Source: Nitrospiraceae bacterium
Lineage (GTDB): Bacteria; Nitrospirota; Nitrospiria; Nitrospirales; Nitrospiraceae
NCBI GenBank assembly: GCA_050246315.1
Contig: JBFWWG010000005.1
Location: forward strand, 128,001-192,000
Reading direction: 5' to 3'
DNA length: 64,000 nucleotides
How positions within the stretch are numbered: the first letter of the stretch is position 1; each line of letters opens with the position of its first letter. Positions 1 to 9,257 of this stretch are shown piece after piece. Position numbers and translations under genes: made by a program. Below the pieces are notes generated by a model. It saw only the letters and a list, made by a program, of their open reading frames with translations, ran no database searches and was not told the DNA's origin.

Positions 1-227
1 TCGAACGGCCCCTCGCTCTCGCCCTGGCCGAAGAAGTCGAACCGGAGCGTCGCGATTTCTCGTTCCGTCAACAGCCGTGTCAGCGCCTTGTTCGTCGAAC
101 TGTTCTTGTTGGACAGAAACCCGTGGCAGAGCAGAACCAATCGCTCCGTCGGCGAGGAGGGCGCGGCCAGGACCGCGGCAATCTTGTGGCCGGCCTTGTC
201 CGTGAGTGAGTGCGAGGTCTCGTTCAT
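1..227 (-). CDS. alpha/beta hydrolase, N-terminal part (runs off the window)
   Basis: Hand translation from ATG 227: MNETSHSLTDKAGHKIAAVLAAP...LVLLCHGFLSNKNS...ATLRFDFFGQGESEGPF, with the HG and RFDxxGxGES motifs; not in the ORF track. Confidence 0.85.
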   Translation of the reverse strand, partial: MNETSHSLTDKAGHKIAAVLAAPSSPTERLVLLCHGFLSNKNSSTNKALTRLLTEREIATLRFDFFGQGESEGPF

Positions 228-281
228 GTCGTTTGGTGCGAGATGCGGATGGGAGTGGGATACGACGATGAAGGGGCCTCC

Positions 282-1559
282 TTATTCAGAGGGCCGGTGC
301 CCCAACAGAAGGACGATCTTGGCGGTCACGATCGTCAGGCCGATCAACAGCAGGCCGAGCGTGATCCACATGGCCTGTTGGACCAGCGCATCCGACAGCG
401 ACGCGCGCCAGGTCAGGGATGCGACGAGCGCGAGGCCGAGCGTGCCCAGACACAGGGCGGCGACCTGCAGGCTGTGCCATCGCTCCGTCACGGGGCTGAA
501 GCTTGCGACATAGGCTCCTCGCTTCTTGGCGCTGGAGAGGCGTCGGAGGGCCAACATGTTCGGCAAGAGGTGCATCAAGCCGGCGAACAGGGTTTGCGCG
601 AAAAAGCCGATGAAGGCCAGGTGCGTGTAGGCAACCACGTGCAGTGTGCCGAAGGGGAACAGGGGTTGCTCCCCCAGCGAATTAGTGGATGCCAAGAGCC
701 CACCGAGGATCGCCAGCGACAGGAAGCACGATCCCAGCGCGAGTTGGTCGGACACCACTCTGTGTGGTCCGGTATCGGTCTTCCACAGTTCGACCATCGA
801 CCAGACATAGATCAGCGAGCCGACCAGCAGGACTCCTCCTCCGGCGAGCTGGAGCGGCACCATCGCCACTCCGAATCCAGTGAGCAGCAAGGCCGTCCCG
901 ACGACAAACAACGCCGGGCAGAGGCGCGAGACTCGACCGTGGGCACCAGGCTTCATCGGGACCGGCATCAGGTGCAGCGTCAGGCCGATCAAGGTCAGAA
1001 CGGCAAACAGCGACAGGGTGAGTTGAACATGGGCGAATCGTACCTGTGCGACAAATGCGGTCGGGATCAAGCCAAAGCAGATCGCTGCTCCCGCGCCGAT
1101 CCCGAAGAGCAGGCCGGCCAGGGAAGCCCCATAGTAAAGCGACGGCGCGAGCAACCATCCCTGTTGATCCTTGGCCAGACGCAGGGCGTCGCTTAGGAGC
1201 GCCAGCACCGGGATTACGGTGACCACCCCTGCGATGCCGACGGTTGTCCGGTGGGAGAGCCAAAAACCGATGAGCATCCCGAGCGTGCCGACATTCAGCA
1301 GGACATAGAGCCCCGGGCGAGAGGCTGGGCGCTGGCGGCCGGACGGCAAGGTCGTGGGCAGCCAGTACAGCAGCGCGCCGATCAACATTTGGAGCAGGCC
1401 GCCGATCATCCCGGCATGGACATGAATCGAACGAAGCGAGGCCGGCAAGGAGGTGCTGCGGACGAGCCCGATATAGAGTGCGAACCCCAGCAACGCGGAG
1501 AACACCAGCCAGCCCAGGCCGGTGAGGAGGAAGGCCAGCGGCCCCAAGGCACCTCTCAT
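282..1559 (-). CDS. polytopic (~12 TM) His-containing membrane protein, NnrS / heme-copper oxidase subunit I-like
   Basis: ATG at 1559 overlaps the thiD stop (ATGA); 425 aa, very hydrophobic; His motifs IHVHAG, FAHVQL, YTHLAF. Confidence 0.7.
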   Translation of the reverse strand: MRGALGPLAFLLTGLGWLVFSALLGFALYIGLVRSTSLPASLRSIHVHAGMIGGLLQMLIGALLYWLPTTLPSGRQRPASRPGLYVLLNVGTLGMLIGFWLSHRTTVGIAGVVTVIPVLALLSDALRLAKDQQGWLLAPSLYYGASLAGLLFGIGAGAAICFGLIPTAFVAQVRFAHVQLTLSLFAVLTLIGLTLHLMPVPMKPGAHGRVSRLCPALFVVGTALLLTGFGVAMVPLQLAGGGVLLVGSLIYVWSMVELWKTDTGPHRVVSDQLALGSCFLSLAILGGLLASTNSLGEQPLFPFGTLHVVAYTHLAFIGFFAQTLFAGLMHLLPNMLALRRLSSAKKRGAYVASFSPVTERWHSLQVAALCLGTLGLALVASLTWRASLSDALVQQAMWITLGLLLIGLTIVTAKIVLLLGHRPSE

Positions 1560-2365
1560 TGGGCGCCGTTCCCCTGAAGAAAATAGAAATGATTGGTCGG
1601 CCCCTTGCCGTGACCGATGGTCAGACTCCGTCTGATGGCCTCCGTCACATAGGTCTTTGCAGCTTGGACTGCATCCGACACGGATTTCCCGTGCGCCAGT
1701 TGCGCGGCAATCGCCGAAGCAAAGGTGCAGCCGGTGCCGTGCGTGTGGGGCGTGTCGATGAACTCGCCTGTAAAGATCTGAAAGAACCGGCCGTCGAACA
1801 AGAGGTCCGTGCCCCGCTCCGCGATGAGATGACCGCCCTTGATGAGGACGTTCCGGCATCCGAATTGCGCGATGACCTTCGCCGCCCGCCTGGCATCGGC
1901 GAGAGTCTTGATCTCAATGCCGGATAGCTGTTGCGCCTCGTGTATATTGGGCGTGACGAGCAGGGCCAAAGGAAAGAGGTCTTTCGTCAGGGCCTCCACT
2001 GCCTCGGGCTTCAAGAGGGCATGGCCGCTCTTCGAGATCATGACCGGGTCCACGACAAGCTGTCCGACTCGTTGCGGCTTGAGCAGGCTCACCACCGTGG
2101 AAATGATGGCGGCCGACGATAACATGCCGGTCTTCACGGCTGCGATCTCGAAGTCATCGAACACCGCGTCCAGTTGTGCGGCGATGATTGAGACGGGCAA
2201 CTCGAACACATCCGTAACCTCTTCGGTATTTTGGGCCGTGATGGCCGTGATGACCGAGAGAGCAAACACGCCGTTGGCGGACATCGCCTTGATATCGCCT
2301 TGGATGCCGGCGCCGCCGCCCGAATCGGACCCGGCGATGGTCAAGACCTGTTTCAACACGCTCAT
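1556..2365 (-). CDS. thiD: hydroxymethylpyrimidine/phosphomethylpyrimidine kinase
   Basis: LTIAGSDSGGGAGIQGD, VVDPVMISKSG, TPNIHEA, HTHGTGCT motifs. Confidence 0.97.
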   Translation of the reverse strand: MSVLKQVLTIAGSDSGGGAGIQGDIKAMSANGVFALSVITAITAQNTEEVTDVFELPVSIIAAQLDAVFDDFEIAAVKTGMLSSAAIISTVVSLLKPQRVGQLVVDPVMISKSGHALLKPEAVEALTKDLFPLALLVTPNIHEAQQLSGIEIKTLADARRAAKVIAQFGCRNVLIKGGHLIAERGTDLLFDGRFFQIFTGEFIDTPHTHGTGCTFASAIAAQLAHGKSVSDAVQAAKTYVTEAIRRSLTIGHGKGPTNHFYFLQGNGAQ

Positions 2366-2487
2366 GGCCCCTCATCCTTGGAGACTGTTGGACGGTCGGA
2401 CGCTCTAACAGGTTGCGGAAGAACTCGATTTGTGTGCTTCGACAGGATCAGCACGATCGGAAATCACCAGTATAGTCAATGATCGCT

Positions 2488-2542
2488 CCGTTCGTCCTGA
2501 GGCTCTCGAAGGATGAACGGAGGGTTTTTCCGCAGCCTGCTA
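2488..2542. repeat. REP-like hairpin followed by an IS/MITE-like end
   Basis: CCGTTCGTCC-TGAGGCTCTCGAA-GGATGAACGG stem-loop, then TTTTTCCGCAGCCTGCTA; a related hairpin lies at 58627-58655. Confidence 0.7.
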
Positions 2543-2750
2543 ATGCAGGAGGTGCGACGCTCTGCCTGCCACCTACGCAGAATTTGAAGTTCGTCAGCCT
2601 GTGTGGGGGACATTACACTCACCGGCGCGGCTCTGTCCAGCGAAGGGATTTCGATCAACCTGCCCCGTGTTCCGATGAGAACAGCTCCGGCTGAGAACGG
2701 CAGGTGAGCCTCGACCAGTCCCCCGTACTTCATCGAGCGTGAGGGGCGGA

Positions 2751-3206
2751 TCATCGCGCGATTTCGAGCTTCAGGATCGTGTTGTCGAGATAGTGCAGGC
2801 GCACCATCAAGCCTTCGCGGATGACGCCTCCTTGGCTGGCCGGCTGGTGGTAGCCGCCGGACGGCACGAAGTCGGAGTAGTGAAATCCCGCGCCGTTGAC
2901 GAAGAAGGATTCGAACCCATGGCCATCATGCATCCGGAATTCGTAGTTGGAGACGAGCCCCTCCGCGATCCGTACCTGTTGCGTCGCCAAGGCCTGAGTC
3001 AACCGGTTGTGATCCACGATCTGCCGCAGACACCAGAACACACCCATGACCATCAGCGCGATACCCACGATTCTCCAGGAGCGAGAGCCACGTTTGAAGC
3101 GAAGCGCCAGCACGACGGCACCTAGCACGAAGCCAGTGACCCCCACGATCAAGATCGGCCAAGGAAACGTCTGCCACGAAATCTCGAAGACGGTTTCGTA
3201 CTGCAT
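2751..3206 (-). CDS. hypothetical membrane protein (2 TM plus soluble domain)
   Basis: 151-aa ORF with two hydrophobic segments. Confidence 0.75.
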   Translation of the reverse strand: MQYETVFEISWQTFPWPILIVGVTGFVLGAVVLALRFKRGSRSWRIVGIALMVMGVFWCLRQIVDHNRLTQALATQQVRIAEGLVSNYEFRMHDGHGFESFFVNGAGFHYSDFVPSGGYHQPASQGGVIREGLMVRLHYLDNTILKLEIAR

Positions 3207-3588
3207 GGGGGGCGGGAGGCGTCAACTGTCAATCGTCACTGGTCACTCGTCCGACGTGATGACAAACTGTTCAAGAAGATCAGCCAGCGTCCGGTGGGTC
3301 TCGTGGTCCGTACGCTTCGGCCAGAAAAGCGCCAGCACCTGCTCGTGGAACAACGGTAGGCTGGACTCCGGCGCCGACTCAGCGGAAGAAGGCAAGGATG
3401 CTAGGGATAAGGTCATCATGTCTTACGGGAAAGAACTCGACTCGGCTGCGGTTCTCTCATGATCGATCCGGGCGATCAGAGGTTACCATACTCGACGGTG
3501 GACAGAAAAAGGGAGGCACTTTGCTATCTGTCGTCTACTTCGCCATGTGAGAAGGCAGGGCACAGACGAAAGGCGTGGTGTCTGTGAG

Positions 3589-3921
3589 CTATCCGATTAC
3601 AAGAAAGGCTCCTTCAGCGTCTTGCCAGAAGGCATCTAGCTCCCGTCGATGGCGCCGAAGAAGGTCTTCGATCAAGGCTGTCGAGCAGCTCCCTAACCGA
3701 ATCCACACGACCTTTGGAGGATGGCCGAACAGGAAGCTGCGTTGATGAAAATCAGCGTCTTTCGTCACGATGGTGAGGTCATGCTCTGAGGCATACTGCC
3801 AAACCTCCGTGTCTGCGGCATCTTTCAAGCCGACATCCCGGACGTGCAGTGAACCTGGATATTCCTGCCGCAGCGCCTGAAGGAGCCGATGAGAAAGATT
3901 CTGATCGAGAAGCAACTTCAC
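3589..3921 (-). CDS. DUF5615 / VapC45-type PIN toxin
   Basis: [35 protein letters not shown]; overlaps the upstream antitoxin. Confidence 0.9.
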   Translation of the reverse strand: MKLLLDQNLSHRLLQALRQEYPGSLHVRDVGLKDAADTEVWQYASEHDLTIVTKDADFHQRSFLFGHPPKVVWIRLGSCSTALIEDLLRRHRRELDAFWQDAEGAFLVIG

Positions 3922-4145
3922 GAAGAGGGGAGTGAAACGAGTTTGCGTTCACGGTCTGCGGCGAAGGCGAGGCAAGCCCGGATATCCTCGGAGGTCAGGT
4001 CGGGAAAGTCACGGAGGATTTCTTCCTCGCTCATGCCCGAAGCGAGGTATTCCAGCACATCGTAAACGGTCATGCGCAAGCCACGGATACATGGCTTGCC
4101 GCCTCGCATTTGAGGATCGATGGTGATGCGGTCTTTCCAATCCAT
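3918..4145 (-). CDS. DUF433 antitoxin
   Basis: [45 protein letters not shown]. Confidence 0.93.
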   Translation of the reverse strand: MDWKDRITIDPQMRGGKPCIRGLRMTVYDVLEYLASGMSEEEILRDFPDLTSEDIRACLAFAADRERKLVSLPSS

Positions 4146-4263
4146 AGGGCAAAGCTTATCCGGCGGTCCAGGAAAGATCAAGCAATTGTGGGCCGTGGCA
4201 ACTGTCAGAGGTTCTACAACCAGGCACAGTAGAAAGGGTCCTGACACGTTTGTTTTGACCCCG

Positions 4264-4368
4264 GTTCAGGAGTTGTTGAGGCATTGCGACGTGAAAACGG
4301 CGATGCTCTACACCCATGTGTTGAACCGCGGACCGGCGGGAGTTCGTAGTCCGCTCGACGGGATGTAA
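4264..4368 (+). pseudogene. intI: C-terminal relic of an integron integrase
   Basis: [32 protein letters not shown] matches the IntI C-terminus (QELLGHxDVxTTMIYTHVLxxGxxGVRSPLD); nothing upstream of it survives. Confidence 0.88.
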
Positions 4369-4529
4369 ACGTGTCGAGGAAAGAGTAGGCCGACCCGCAT
4401 AACACCCCACGGATTCAAGGTCGAGAGAGGGGAACCCATTGAACACGCATCGATTCTGGCTTATTCTCTGCGCGTATCCACTGCGTGTTACACGGACAGC
4501 GAGTGGTAGATCCGACTCTTATGCGGATC

Positions 4530-4548
4530 GGCTTAAACATTGTTGGGG
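4530..4548 (+). other. putative attI site
   Basis: CTTAAACATTGTT matches attI1 CTAAAACAAAGTT at 10/13 positions; core GTTGGGG at 4542 lies just before the cassette ORF and is complementary to the cassette's CCCTAAC apart from one G-T pair. Confidence 0.6.
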
Positions 4549-4551
4549 GGT

Positions 4552-4986
4552 ATGTTGAACGACATCGCAGCTTCACTAATTGGTTTCGCGGGCGGCCTCT
4601 TGGCAGCGCTTATCGTTGCTTGGCAACAAGCCAAGAACACGAGCACTTTGATTGCTGCTGAGCTGAACAAGCTCGATCACCAAAATCGGTCAGCTGTTCG
4701 TTCTCGTAAAGAACAATGGCTTCTAGACAGTGCGCCGGCCTTGCTTGCCGCGTCGGATCCACAACTACACGCTACGTTGGACTACTCAGCCGTTGTCACG
4801 CTCATCCACAAGATTCAGATCATCCTCAACCCTAACAATCCTCTTGAGCAGGCCATCAATCAAGCATCCTCGGATATAGGCTTCGCGGTTCAGGAGGCAA
4901 TAACCGAGAGGAGATCAGTGTCCAAGCTACTAGGGGCGCAGGACAAGCTAGTAGTGGCAGTTCGCGCTTACCTGGATGCTCCCTAA
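4552..4986 (+). CDS. integron gene-cassette protein, N-terminal TM, unknown function
   Basis: AT-richer 144-aa ORF; its stop TAA lies within the attC R'' box (CCCTAAC). Confidence 0.85.
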   Translation: MLNDIAASLIGFAGGLLAALIVAWQQAKNTSTLIAAELNKLDHQNRSAVRSRKEQWLLDSAPALLAASDPQLHATLDYSAVVTLIHKIQIILNPNNPLEQAINQASSDIGFAVQEAITERRSVSKLLGAQDKLVVAVRAYLDAP

Positions 4987-5040
4987 CAATTCATTCAAGC
5001 CGAAGCCGCTTCGCGGCTCGGCTTAATTCAGGTGTTGGGT
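4981..5040 (+). mobile_element. attC recombination site (60 bp)
   Basis: CCCTAAC AATTCATTCAAGCCGAAGCCGCTTCGCGGCTCGGCTTAATTCAGGT GTTGGGT; R''/L''/L'/R' layout, close to the aadA/Xanthomonas-type attC. Confidence 0.95.
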
Positions 5041-5076
5041 CTTTAGTTACCATCGAACACCAAAAAGGAGTGTCTC

Positions 5077-5178
5077 ATGATGAGGCTATTACAATTTCTT
5101 GCGGCGCTAATATTAATGAGCACCTCAAGCACCGTTTTGGCTTTTAAAATAAGTCCGAAACTTCGAGTCAGGTCTTGA
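5077..5178 (+). pseudogene. truncated second cassette (signal peptide only)
   Basis: AAGGAG RBS, MMRLLQFLAALILMSTSSTVLA-FKISP, cut off at GAGTCAGGTCTTG. Confidence 0.6.
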
Positions 5179-5393
5179 TTTTGACAATTGTGGTTGGCCG
5201 AAACTGATGACATTTGGGTTTTGCGATTGGTCTCGACCGGCCGCAAGTCGAACCCCGTAGTCGGCGATACTCCTGAGCACTGCACTGCAAGCGCCGTACG
5301 ACCCACCGCGGTCAAAGCACAACGGGTGGAACGTCACGAACCGTCATGAATAGTGAGGGTTGTAGATTGTTGTGTGTTGAACGGGTCGAACGA

Positions 5394-5780
5394 TCACAGT
5401 GAGCCAATGGCGAGGCGAAGGCCTGCTAGCGTTGCGAAGACCGAAAAGTCGCGGTCGCGGGTGATGAGGGTGGCTTGGTGATCGAGGCAACTTTGCGCAA
5501 TCAGCGTATCGGCCAGATTGGCTCGGCGCCCGGTTCTCAAAACTTTGGCCCGAAGGAGGCCGGCTCGTTCCCAAAAGCCTGCCGTCACGGGAAGGGTCGG
5601 GATCTCAAGTATGGTCTGTCGCAACGCCGTCGTGAGACGCGGGTCGCTGAGGATCTCCGTGACTGTGACTGGTGACAGCACTCCTACTTGGTCGGCAAGG
5701 GCCTGATCTACGAATTCCACATCCGCCCCATCGTTGCCCTGCAAGTAGGCGATAAGAGAGCTTGTGTCGAGACAGAGCAT
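5394..5780 (-). CDS. vapC: VapC PIN-domain toxin
   Basis: LDTSSLI, TEIL, LADTLIAQSC, ITRDRDF. Confidence 0.92.
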   Translation of the reverse strand: MLCLDTSSLIAYLQGNDGADVEFVDQALADQVGVLSPVTVTEILSDPRLTTALRQTILEIPTLPVTAGFWERAGLLRAKVLRTGRRANLADTLIAQSCLDHQATLITRDRDFSVFATLAGLRLAIGSL

Positions 5781-5983
5781 CAGTCCTGTCGCAGCTCCGA
5801 GAGCTTGATCCCGAACTTCACTTTGCCTCGAAACCGCCGGAGTCGACCGTAAGCACCACCAGCAGCGACCAACTCTAATCCTCGTCTCACCGTGGGGGTC
5901 ACCCCTTCTCCGCTCGCGGTCGTGGCCCGTTCGAGCAGATCAGCAGGAACTTCCACCGTCAGTTTCCTGAGATTTGTACCCAT
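5780..5983 (-). CDS. VapB-like antitoxin (ribbon-helix-helix-like)
   Basis: 67-aa ORF (RKLTVEVPADLLERA...) coupled to vapC. Confidence 0.8.
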   Translation of the reverse strand: MGTNLRKLTVEVPADLLERATTASGEGVTPTVRRGLELVAAGGAYGRLRRFRGKVKFGIKLSELRQD

Positions 5984-6037
5984 GATGTCATTCCTTCCTT
6001 GCGGGGTGAGGCGTAGTGAAAGGTGTACCATATAGGA

Positions 6038-6057
6038 TCCCGTATGTACATACGGGA
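6038..6057. promoter_or_regulatory. perfect 20-bp palindrome, probable TA operator
   Basis: TCCCGTATGTACATACGGGA, ~55 bp upstream of the antitoxin start. Confidence 0.55.
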
Positions 6058-6224
6058 CATCTGCGCCGCACCTCTCTTGTCCTGATCCAGGTCACATACG
6101 GAGAGGAGTTCACAGAATTCATTCAGGGGCAGAACGGCCAGCGGCGCAGCTCCGGCGATTCACCGTCACAGAAAAGGGGTCAGCTCTTGCAATCATATAT
6201 GCCCGCGCCTATTATCATGAGCCT

Positions 6225-6626
6225 ATGACGCGTCCCCTTCGCAGTGCATGCTCCGGTGCCGTCTATCACGTGATGAGCCGCGGCAAGGCGCGACACGTGA
6301 TCATGGTCGATACTCGGTATTGGACGCAGTTCGTGACGCTTCTGCCCCACATGATCGATCGAAACGGCTGGCCCTGCCATGCGTAGTGTCTGATGGAGAA
6401 CCACTATCATCTTGTGCTGGAAACGGCCCAGGCGAATCTCTCCCAGGGCATGCGACGATTCAATGGACGGTACACTCAGGCCTGCAATCGCCGGCATGGT
6501 CGGGTTGGCCATCTGTTTCAAGGTCGATTCAAGGCGATTCTCGTGGAAAGGGCGCACTTGGTGGACTTGTGGCGATCTGTAGTGCTTAAAGCTGTCCGTG
6601 CGAAGCCAGCGACTCATGCCGGCTGA
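6225..6626 (+). pseudogene. REP-associated tyrosine transposase (RAYT, IS200-like HUH) pseudogene
   Basis: MTRPLR...GAVYHVMSRG...CHA*CLMENHYHLVLET...GHLFQGRFKAILVE; in-frame TAG at 6384-6386; truncated; flanked by 17-bp inverted repeats at 6177-6193 and 6652-6668. Confidence 0.88.
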
Positions 6627-6982
6627 AGCAGATCGAGCAAGCCTATGCATCATTGCAAGACCTGACCCTGTCATGGAGGACCGAGGTTGGGTCACCGTCC
6701 TGGCCGAGCCCGAGTGGCCCGTCCCGTTATGCCGTCCTTCATCTCTGGTCGGTGTGTAATCGAGGCCTGTCGGTGAGGGGCTGAGCATGATCGAAGGGCC
6801 GGCGTAAGTTGGCTCGAGGGCGGGATGGTCCGTCCTGCGACGCAGGTGGCGGCTGCTGTCCGACGCGACGTTCGTGCCTCGCACGGGACGTGGCTAGTTC
6901 AGCCGCCAAGGAGTATCCCGCCGAGAGCGCGCCGGCGCTTCGTGAGTTCTGCGCAAGTGCCTCACCGATAGGCCTTGTCCTC

Positions 6983-7651
6983 CTAGACCGGCCACTTTTC
7001 CTCCGTCCATGCCATCTCCCAAAACATCCACTCATAGCGCGAGCTGATCACGAAGGCCTCTTCCATGCGGCGCCGTTCCTCGTGCCCGGCTGTTTTGGCC
7101 CAAAGGTCCACCTTGGTCCTCATCCAGCGTTGCACCTCGGCGAACTCGGGCGAGGCATAAAGCATCAGCCAGTTGCGGTAGGGATGACTTGGCTTCGGGG
7201 GACCCTGTTTGAGCAGGTGCTGCCCCACCACGCAATAGATCCAGGCGCAGGGGAGTGCCACGACCGCGATCTCACAGGCGGAACCGGCGGCCGCCACGGC
7301 GAGCATGTGCCGGGTATAGGCGTAATTGGTCGGAGCCATCGGTACGGAGGTCATCTGCGCCGCCGTCATCTTCCATTGCGTGCCGTAACTTTCGTGGAGG
7401 CTCCGCTCCACGACGATGGTTTCCTCCGACAACTTGCAGAAGCGCAGGGCTGATTCCGAATCGGGTGCCCGCTGCGCACCGGCTGCGAAGACGCGGGCGA
7501 GGTCGCCGAGAAACCGCGCGTCCTGGAGGATGTAGTAGCGAAATTTCCGCTTGGGCAGCGTGCCGTTCCCCAGTGCCACGACGAAGGGGTGGCGAAGTTG
7601 CGCCTTCCAGATGGGCTCGGCCAGTTTGCGCAAACGGGCTGAAAACAACAT
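6983..7651 (-). CDS. tenA: thiaminase II / aminopyrimidine aminohydrolase
   Basis: HPFVVALGNGTL, YYILQD, ALPCAWIY, YEWMFWEMA. Confidence 0.93.
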   Translation of the reverse strand: MLFSARLRKLAEPIWKAQLRHPFVVALGNGTLPKRKFRYYILQDARFLGDLARVFAAGAQRAPDSESALRFCKLSEETIVVERSLHESYGTQWKMTAAQMTSVPMAPTNYAYTRHMLAVAAAGSACEIAVVALPCAWIYCVVGQHLLKQGPPKPSHPYRNWLMLYASPEFAEVQRWMRTKVDLWAKTAGHEERRRMEEAFVISSRYEWMFWEMAWTEEKWPV

Positions 7652-7685
7652 GAATACTCCCTCTTCACTTCAGGAACGTTTTAAC

Positions 7686-7759
7686 CAATGACATGTGACG
7701 AATGACTTCCTGTCGTCTGCCAATGACGAATGACGCTTCCCGAATGACGTTTGACGAAT
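7686..7759. repeat. degenerate heptamer tandem repeats (TGACGAA type)
   Basis: aatgacatgtgacgaatgac...aatgacgaatgacg...gaatgacgtttgacgaat. Confidence 0.65.
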
Positions 7760-9190
7760 CTACACCCGAGGCGCCCAGGGTCGCGGCAGCCGGTTCATTC
7801 CGTCCAGCGCGGCTACACGGTAACATTCGGCCAAGGTCGGGTAGTTGAAGACGGTATCGATAAAGTACTCGATCGTGCCCTTGAGCGCCATCACCGCTTG
7901 GCCGATATGGATTAATTCGGTGGCCCCTTCGCCGATGACATGGACGCCGAGCAGTTCGTGGGTGTTGGGCTGGAAGAGGAGTTTCAGCATGCCGGTCTCA
8001 TCCCCGATCAACTGGCCCCGCGCGATCTCGCGATAGCGGGCGATCCCCACGGCATAGGGGACCCCCGCTTCGGTGAGCTGGTCCTCATTTCGCCCCACCA
8101 TGGAAATTTCCGGGATTGAATAGATGCCGTAGGGCAGCAGCCTGGTTTCGAGCTGGCTGGGAAGTCCGAACGCATGGCAGGAGGCCAGCCGTCCCTGTTG
8201 CATGGAGGTGGATGCCAAGGCCGGGAATCCGATGACATCGCCGACAGCATAGACATGCGGCAGCTCGGTCTGGAAGCACGCGTTGACCTTGATCCGCCCC
8301 CGTTCGTCGGGTGTAATGCCCACGGCGGGAAGATTCAGACCGTCGGTCGAGCCCATGCGACCGACGGCATACAACACGGTCGAGGCGGGAATTTCCTTCC
8401 CGCTGTGTAGCCGGACGATCACCTCGTCTTCTCCCCGCTTCTCGATGGCAACGACGGCTTCGTTCAACCGCGGCCAGACCCCGATGCTGCGCATGTGGTA
8501 CTGCAAGGCTTCGATAATCTCGGCGTCCACGAATTCCAACAGCCGAGGGCGTCGTTCGATGAGGACGACATGAATCCCGATGGCGGCCAAGATCGAGGCG
8601 TATTCGGTGCCGATGACGCCGCCCCCGATAATCGTGAGCGATTTCGGCAGGCGTTTGAGAGCGAGCAGGTCATCGGTATCGATCACGGTTTGCCCGTCGA
8701 AGGGAATGTGGGACGGCCGTGCCGGTCTTGTTCCGACCGCGATGACGATGAAGTCGGCGTGGTGTTCGATCAGCTCGCCCGAGTCCGCCGACTCCGGCGT
8801 GGCGCCGGTGCGATGAATGTGCAGCCGGTGGTCGTCGTGAAACCGTGCAGTCCCAAAGATCATGTCCACACGATTGCGTTCCATTTGGTTCTGGATGACT
8901 TCGACCTCGCGCTGAATCACATGGTGAGCTCGGAGGGTCAGGTCCTCCATCGTGACGTCGTGCTTGACGCGATAGCTCTCTCCGTAGAGGCCGCGCTGGT
9001 GGAACCCGGAGAGAAACAGCACCGCTTCGCGAAGAGATTTGCTCGGGATCGTGCCGGTGTTGAGACACACGCCCCCCACCACCTCGCGACGATCGATGAG
9101 ACCGACCTTCTTGCCGAGCTTGGAGGCTTGGATTGCGGCCTTTTGGCCGGCGGGTCCGCTGCCGATGACCAGCATGTCGTAATGCGCCAT
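7760..9190 (-). CDS. sthA: soluble pyridine nucleotide transhydrogenase
   Basis: GSGPAGQKAA, GGVCLNTGTIPSK (CxxxxT instead of CxxxxC), ASTSMQQGR, FNYPTLAECY. Confidence 0.93.
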   Translation of the reverse strand: MAHYDMLVIGSGPAGQKAAIQASKLGKKVGLIDRREVVGGVCLNTGTIPSKSLREAVLFLSGFHQRGLYGESYRVKHDVTMEDLTLRAHHVIQREVEVIQNQMERNRVDMIFGTARFHDDHRLHIHRTGATPESADSGELIEHHADFIVIAVGTRPARPSHIPFDGQTVIDTDDLLALKRLPKSLTIIGGGVIGTEYASILAAIGIHVVLIERRPRLLEFVDAEIIEALQYHMRSIGVWPRLNEAVVAIEKRGEDEVIVRLHSGKEIPASTVLYAVGRMGSTDGLNLPAVGITPDERGRIKVNACFQTELPHVYAVGDVIGFPALASTSMQQGRLASCHAFGLPSQLETRLLPYGIYSIPEISMVGRNEDQLTEAGVPYAVGIARYREIARGQLIGDETGMLKLLFQPNTHELLGVHVIGEGATELIHIGQAVMALKGTIEYFIDTVFNYPTLAECYRVAALDGMNRLPRPWAPRV

Positions 9191-9257
9191 AAACCTCTCG
9201 GGTTAGAGTGGGGAGGCAATCGCCCGTCTGTGCGGACCCTGTCCGGCCGCCGCTCCC

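Noticed and set aside
210..1196. Long antisense or alternative-frame ORFs (e.g. 210-1196, 12964-13959, 42413-43363)
   Set aside because: Shadow ORFs opposite well-supported genes, expected in GC-rich DNA; no recognisable motifs.
2366..2480. TPP riboswitch upstream of thiD (or of tenA at 7652-7759)
   Set aside because: No CTGAGA...ACCTGA...AATGC pattern seen.
6384..6386. Recoded TAG (pyrrolysine or readthrough) in the RAYT gene
   Set aside because: It replaces a usual Tyr codon by one base change and the gene is also degraded and truncated; pseudogenisation is simpler.
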